Positions 59,240-64,000 of a stretch of DNA of 64,000 nucleotides are shown piece by piece (the stretch's first letter is position 1; each line of letters opens with the position of its first letter). The notes under the pieces were generated by a model. It did not search any database. It was not told where the DNA came from and saw only the letters and a list, made by a program, of their open reading frames with translations. The DNA lies in assembly GCA_963740085.1 (NCBI GenBank), contig CAVUCU010000005.1, forward strand, positions 320,001-384,000, written 5' to 3'. Origin of the DNA: Nitrospirota bacterium. GTDB lineage: Bacteria; Nitrospirota; UBA9217. The translations under genes were made by a program, and so were the position numbers.

Positions 59240-60112
59240 ATGTTTAAAGGTTCCATGGTTGCGATCGTGACACCATTCAAAAACGGGAAGGTTGACGAGA
59301 AGGCGCTCGGCGATCTGATCGAGTTTCACATCAAAAGCGGCACGGACGTGATCGTTCCCTGCGGCACCACGGGCGAGTCAGCCACCCTCTCCCACGAGGA
59401 ACATCACCGCGTGGTCGAGTTCACCGTGAAGACGGTGAACGGGCGCGTGCCGGTGGTCGCGGGCGCGGGTTCGAACTCGACCTCCGAGACGCTGGAGCTC
59501 ACGAAGTACGCGCAGAAGGCGGGCGCAAACGGAGTTCTGCTCATCACGCCGTATTACAACAAGCCCACGCAGGAAGGGCTGTACCAGCATTTCAAGAAAG
59601 TGACCGACACGGTGGACATTCCCGTCATACTGTACAATGTCCCGGGCAGGACCAGCGTGAACATGCTGCCTTCCACCGTGGCCCGCCTGAGGGAGCTCAG
59701 AAACATCGTCGGCATCAAGGAAGCGACCGGAGACCTGAAGCAGATCAGCGAGCTCATCCGTCTCTGCGGCAGGGACTTTGATGTCATTTCGGGCGACGAT
59801 TTCACGACCCTCCCGCTCCTCGCCATCGGTGGTGTGGGCGCGATCTCCGTGACCGCCAATATCATCCCGGCCGATGCAGCCGGGATGTTCGACGCCTTCT
59901 TCGCGGGGAAGATGGAGGAGGCTCTCAAGTTTCACTTCAAGATGGAGCCGCTCCACAGCCTCATGTTCATCGAGACGAACCCCATCCCGGTGAAGACCGC
60001 GCTCGCGCTCATGGGCAGGATCAGCGAAGAGTTCCGACTTCCGCTCTGTTCCCTGGCGGACGCGAACAAGGAAAGGCTGAAGAAGGCGCTGAAGGACTAC
60101 GGGTTGATCTAA
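59240..60112 (+). CDS. dapA: 4-hydroxy-tetrahydrodipicolinate synthase
   Basis: 'GTTGES', 'YNVPGRT', 'GIKEA', 'ETNPIPVK'. Confidence 0.96.
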   Translation: MFKGSMVAIVTPFKNGKVDEKALGDLIEFHIKSGTDVIVPCGTTGESATLSHEEHHRVVEFTVKTVNGRVPVVAGAGSNSTSETLELTKYAQKAGANGVLLITPYYNKPTQEGLYQHFKKVTDTVDIPVILYNVPGRTSVNMLPSTVARLRELRNIVGIKEATGDLKQISELIRLCGRDFDVISGDDFTTLPLLAIGGVGAISVTANIIPADAAGMFDAFFAGKMEEALKFHFKMEPLHSLMFIETNPIPVKTALALMGRISEEFRLPLCSLADANKERLKKALKDYGLI

Positions 60113-60121
60113 ATCGAAGCA

Positions 60122-60195
60122 TTTACCGCAGAGGACGCAAAGATCGCCGAGAAACCTTTTTTCTTTTTATTTTTCTCCATGCCTCTGTGGTTAAA
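60122..60195. repeat. Family A hairpin element
   Basis: tttaccgcagaggacgcaaagatcgccgag ... ctccatgcctctgtggttaaa. Confidence 0.65.
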
Positions 60196-60212
60196 TTTCA
60201 AGAGGTGAAACC

Positions 60213-61022
60213 GTGATTAAAGCAGTCGTAACCGGCGCGGCCGGCAGAATGGGCTCTCGCATCATTAATGTGCTTTCAACGTCGGAGGGCATCAGCCTTT
60301 CAGGGGCTGTGGAGCGAAAGGGGCACCCTCTCGTGGGACAGGATTCCTGCGGCCCGGCCGGAATTCCTCAGGGAGGGGTCCTGACGCTCATAAGCGACGA
60401 TCTTCCTGCCGCACTCGGGACCGGCGACGTGCTCATTGACTTTACCTCCCCGGGGGCAAGCCTGGAGCATATCAAGGCCTGTGCGGAACTGGGCAAGCCC
60501 ATCGTCATCGGCGCCACGGGGTTCTCAAAGGAGCAGCTCGACGTGGTCAACCAGTACACGGGAAAAATTCCCTGCGTGCTGTCCCCGAACATGAGCGTCG
60601 GCGTGAACGTCTGCTTCAAGGTCCTCGCCGATCTGGCGAAGACCCTGGGGCAGGATTTCGACGTGGAGATCGTTGAGGCGCACCACCGTTTGAAAAAGGA
60701 CGCGCCCTCCGGCACTGCCGTGCGCATGGGGGAGGTAGTGGCAAGCGCTCTCGGCCGCAACTACAGCGAGGTGGCTAATTTTCACCGCGAGGGCATCACC
60801 GGGGTGCGGACGAACAAGGAGATCGGCATGCAGACGATCCGCGGCGGAGACATCGTGGGTGAACACACGGTCTACTTTATCGGCATGGGAGAGCGAATCG
60901 AGCTTACTCACCGTGCGCTCACGCGCGATATGTTCGCCCGCGGCGCGGTCCGGGCTGCAAAGTGGGTTTGCGGAAAAAAACCGGGGCTCTATGACATGCA
61001 AAATGTCCTGGGGCTGAAATAA
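60213..61022 (+). CDS. dapB: 4-hydroxy-tetrahydrodipicolinate reductase
   Basis: 'GAAGRMG', 'EAHHRLKKDAPSGTA'. Confidence 0.96.
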   Translation: MIKAVVTGAAGRMGSRIINVLSTSEGISLSGAVERKGHPLVGQDSCGPAGIPQGGVLTLISDDLPAALGTGDVLIDFTSPGASLEHIKACAELGKPIVIGATGFSKEQLDVVNQYTGKIPCVLSPNMSVGVNVCFKVLADLAKTLGQDFDVEIVEAHHRLKKDAPSGTAVRMGEVVASALGRNYSEVANFHREGITGVRTNKEIGMQTIRGGDIVGEHTVYFIGMGERIELTHRALTRDMFARGAVRAAKWVCGKKPGLYDMQNVLGLK

Positions 61023-61030
61023 TCACTGCT

Positions 61031-61093
61031 GGGTCAGGTTGCCAGGGTCAGGGGTCCGGTCTTACCGTACCGTGAATCGTGGCACTGGACCCT
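61031..61093. repeat. Family B hairpin, degenerate
   Basis: gggtcaggttgccagggtcaggggtcc ... ggcactggaccc. Confidence 0.5.
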
Positions 61094-61112
61094 CATTAAA
61101 AAGGAGAATCAC

Positions 61113-61889
61113 ATGAAAAAGAGCATAGCACTGATGGTTGTTGGCCTGCTGATCGCTGTACCGTTGAGCGCCCAAGCCTTTCCAACGAAAAAGGGCGATA
61201 AACCCTGCATGGAGTGTCATAAGCTGGACAAGAAGGCCGCTGAAGATATCGTTAAAAAGGTCATACCGAACGCCACGGTCACAAATGTGATAATGTCGCC
61301 GGTCAAGGGCGTGTGGCAGATCGAGTTCGAAGCGGGCGAAGGAAAACGCGGCGGGTTCGGCTTGGATTTCTCGAAGAAATATCTCGTACAATTCGCGTTG
61401 GTCGATGAAGTTGTCAAGCAGCAGAAACAGCAGCAGCAGCCGCGAAAGGTCGATATCTCCAAGATCCCGCTCGGCGACTCGATCACGTTGGGTGCGGCTG
61501 CTGCCAAGAAAAAGGTCATCGTCTTTACCGATCCCGACTGCCCCTTTTGTCGTCAGCTCCACACGATCATGAAACAGGTCGTGGCAAAGCGAAGCGATAT
61601 CGCTTTTACCCTGATCATGAATCCGCTGCCGATGCACAAGGATTCTCCGAAAAAGGCGCAAACGATCCTCTGCACAAAGTCCCTCGATATCCTCAATGAT
61701 GCCTTCGAGGGAAAGGCGGTGCCTGAACCCGCCGCAAGCTGCACCGCTGATGCAGTGGAGAGAAGCAAGGCGCTCGCCAATTCTCTGGGGTTCAACGGCA
61801 CCCCCACACTCGTGCGTGATGACGGCACTGTGCTTTCCGGTTTTCTCCCGGAAGAAAAGCTGATAGAGTGGATCGATAAAAAGAAGTAA
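61113..61889 (+). CDS. DsbC-family thiol:disulfide isomerase
   Basis: Signal peptide; 'FTDPDCPFC', 'GTPT'. Confidence 0.88.
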   Translation: MKKSIALMVVGLLIAVPLSAQAFPTKKGDKPCMECHKLDKKAAEDIVKKVIPNATVTNVIMSPVKGVWQIEFEAGEGKRGGFGLDFSKKYLVQFALVDEVVKQQKQQQQPRKVDISKIPLGDSITLGAAAAKKKVIVFTDPDCPFCRQLHTIMKQVVAKRSDIAFTLIMNPLPMHKDSPKKAQTILCTKSLDILNDAFEGKAVPEPAASCTADAVERSKALANSLGFNGTPTLVRDDGTVLSGFLPEEKLIEWIDKKK

Positions 61890-61903
61890 GCACGGGGCGC
61901 CCC

Positions 61904-62656
61904 ATGAAACTCGTGCGATTTCAGGTCCATGGACGGACGGCGTGCGGCATCCTGCAGGGGGAAGAAGTAACGGAACTTGAGGGTGACCTCTTCGGGACGC
62001 TGAAAACTCCCGCAACGGGCCATACGCTCGCCGGCGTGAGGCTTCTTTCCCCGTGCAGCCCATCCAAGGTCGTCGCCGTAGGACTGAACTACCGGGACCA
62101 CGCCCGAGAGCTGGGACTGCCGGTCCCTGATACACCGATCATTTTTCTCAAGCCGCCGACTGCCGTCATCGGTCCCGGTGACATCATACGGTTTCCCGGA
62201 ATGAGCTCCCAGGTCGACTTCGAGGCGGAGCTCGGGATCGTCATTAAGGACCGGATAAAAGATATCCGGCCTGAAGAGGCACGCGGGCATATTCTGGGCT
62301 ACACCTGCGCTAATGACGTTACGGCGCGGGACCTCCAGAAGAAGGACGGCCAGTGGACGCGTGCCAAGTCATTCGACACCTTCTGCCCTGTCGGTCCCTG
62401 GATCGAGACCGATCTCGAGCCCGACGATCTTCTTGTCGAGTCCTTTCTTAACGGCGTGCAGCGGCAATCTTCGCGGACCTCGCAGTTTATTTTCAATGCG
62501 GATCATATCATCAGCTTCATTTCTCAGGTCATGACGCTCTACCCCGGCGATCTTGTCATCACCGGCACTCCGGCAGGTATCGGGCCCATGGCACCGGGTG
62601 ATGAGATCGAAGTGAGGATTGAGGGTATCGGCAGTCTGAAAAATACAGTGAAGTAA
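61904..62656 (+). CDS. Fumarylacetoacetate hydrolase family protein
   Basis: 'GLNY', 'FEAEL', 'NDVTARD', 'TGTP'. Confidence 0.9.
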   Translation: MKLVRFQVHGRTACGILQGEEVTELEGDLFGTLKTPATGHTLAGVRLLSPCSPSKVVAVGLNYRDHARELGLPVPDTPIIFLKPPTAVIGPGDIIRFPGMSSQVDFEAELGIVIKDRIKDIRPEEARGHILGYTCANDVTARDLQKKDGQWTRAKSFDTFCPVGPWIETDLEPDDLLVESFLNGVQRQSSRTSQFIFNADHIISFISQVMTLYPGDLVITGTPAGIGPMAPGDEIEVRIEGIGSLKNTVK

Positions 62657-62659
62657 GTT

Positions 62660-62746
62660 AAAATGCAAATTGCAAAACGCAAATTGCAAAATTAAGCGGC
62701 GCATTATTTGGCATTTTGCACTTTGACTTTTTCCCTTTTGCATTTC
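62660..62746. repeat. Family B heptamer hairpin
   Basis: aaatgcaaattgcaaaacgcaaattgca ... ttttgcactttgactttttcccttttgcattt. Confidence 0.75.
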
Positions 62747-62762
62747 TTTGAGGAGGCCGTCA

Positions 62763-64000
62763 TTGACGCAGGAACCCTACATTCAATCCCTTTTTGCCGA
62801 GCGCATCGGCGGCAGGATGTTCGGCAGGGAACAGAAGATCTACAAGTTCGAGAAGATCAAGCGTGCAAAACGCGCCGCCCTCGTTGCTCACCCGGGTGCT
62901 GAACTTATCGATTTCGGCGTAGGCGAACCGGATGAGATGGCGTTCCCCGGCGTGGTCGGGACGCTCCAGAAAGAGGCCGAGAAACCCGAGAACCGCGGCT
63001 ACGCCGACAACGGAATTCAGGAGTTCAAGGACGCCGCTGCGAGATACCTGCAGAAGGTCTACGGTGTTACCGGCATCGACCCCGAAACCGAAGTGCTGCA
63101 CGGCATCGGGAGCAAACCCGTGCTCGCCATGTTGCCGGCGATCTTCATTAATCCCGGCGATGTGACGCTCATGACCGTGCCTAACTATCCCATCATGGGA
63201 ACCCATACCCGCTGGTACGGCGGCACGGTTGTGGACATGCCGCTCTACGAGAAGAACGGTTTTCTCCCCTACCTCGACTCAATTTCATCGGACGTGAGAA
63301 AGCGCGCCAAGCTCCTGTACATCAACTACCCGAACAACCCCACCGGCGCGGGCGCGACCAGGGCGTTCTTCGAAAAGGTCATCTCATTTGCGAAAAACAA
63401 CGGGGTCATCGTCGTGCATGACGCTGCCTATGCCGCGCTCACGTACGGGACAAGACCGCTCTCATTTCTTTCAGTGCCCGGCGCCAAGGACGTGGGCGTG
63501 GAGGTCCACTCTCTTTCCAAGGCGTTTAACATGACCGGCTGGCGCCTTTCTTTTGTGGCCGGGAACGAGCGCGTGATCGCCGGTTACGCGAATGTGAAGG
63601 ACAATTACGACTCGGGTCAGTTCAAGGCGATCCAGAAGGCGGGCGTCTATGCCCTGGACCATCCCGAGATCACGGATGAGATCGCGGCCAAATACGAACG
63701 CCGGCTGCGGGCCATGTCAGGCGTCCTGTCGGAGATGGGGTTCAGCGCGAAGATGCCTGCCGGCACGTTCTACCTGTACGTAAAAATGCCGACGGGCGTC
63801 AAGGGAGGCAGACCGTTCACGAGCGCGGAGGATTTCTCGGAGTTCCTTATCGCCGAGAAGCTCATCAGCACCGTGCCCTGGGACGACGCGGGGTCCTACA
63901 TCCGCTTCTCGGCGACCTTTGAAGCAAAAGACAAGGCGGACGAACGGCGCGTGCTCGACGAGTTCAAAAAAAGGATGGGCGATCTGCAGTTCGAATTTTA
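62763..64000 (+). CDS. dapL: LL-diaminopimelate aminotransferase (stop codon cut by window edge)
   Basis: TTG start after GAGGAGG; 'FAERIGG', 'YKFEKIKRAK', 'NYPNNPTG', 'HDAAY', 'SLSKAFNMTGWR'; lies in the dap gene cluster. Confidence 0.85.
   Translation, partial: MTQEPYIQSLFAERIGGRMFGREQKIYKFEKIKRAKRAALVAHPGAELIDFGVGEPDEMAFPGVVGTLQKEAEKPENRGYADNGIQEFKDAAARYLQKVYGVTGIDPETEVLHGIGSKPVLAMLPAIFINPGDVTLMTVPNYPIMGTHTRWYGGTVVDMPLYEKNGFLPYLDSISSDVRKRAKLLYINYPNNPTGAGATRAFFEKVISFAKNNGVIVVHDAAYAALTYGTRPLSFLSVPGAKDVGVEVHSLSKAFNMTGWRLSFVAGNERVIAGYANVKDNYDSGQFKAIQKAGVYALDHPEITDEIAAKYERRLRAMSGVLSEMGFSAKMPAGTFYLYVKMPTGVKGGRPFTSAEDFSEFLIAEKLISTVPWDDAGSYIRFSATFEAKDKADERRVLDEFKKRMGDLQFEF

Noticed and set aside
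52941-62746. CRISPR array from the short repeats
   Set aside because: Units are 7-9 nt, arranged as inverted arms without unique spacers, and no cas genes are present.

Overview
Chromosomal segment of a moderately GC-rich, probably anaerobic bacterium; gene content and repeat style suggest Nitrospirota or Desulfobacterota (inference only). Main parts: (1) an hgcA-hgcB mercury-methylation pair (8.9-10.3 kb) bracketed by a perfect 17-bp inverted repeat; (2) just upstream of hgcA, beyond one GNAT gene, a complete integron with an unusually long IntI, divergent promoters, attI, and cassettes (DUF2267, DUF4238-like, frameshifted membrane protein, hicBA) trailing into eroded attC-like sites to ~17.5 kb; (3) mixed metabolic genes (pepN, rnhA, thrC, frameshifted cystathionine gamma-synthase-like gene) and an FAD-oxidase/Fe-S/GGR-like operon whose 3' end recurs as a diverged orphan copy after mscS; (4) a heavy-metal-type two-component system plus RND efflux block with deletion scars; (5) a housekeeping block (hrpB, panC, argG, argH, lysA, dapF, dapA, dapB, dsbC-like, dapL). 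Many intergenic spacers carry long ORF-less hairpins built from 7-nt or 9-nt periodic repeats, which look like a family of non-autonomous elements. No rRNA, tRNA or CRISPR array was recognised. All calls come from reading the sequence, without database searches.
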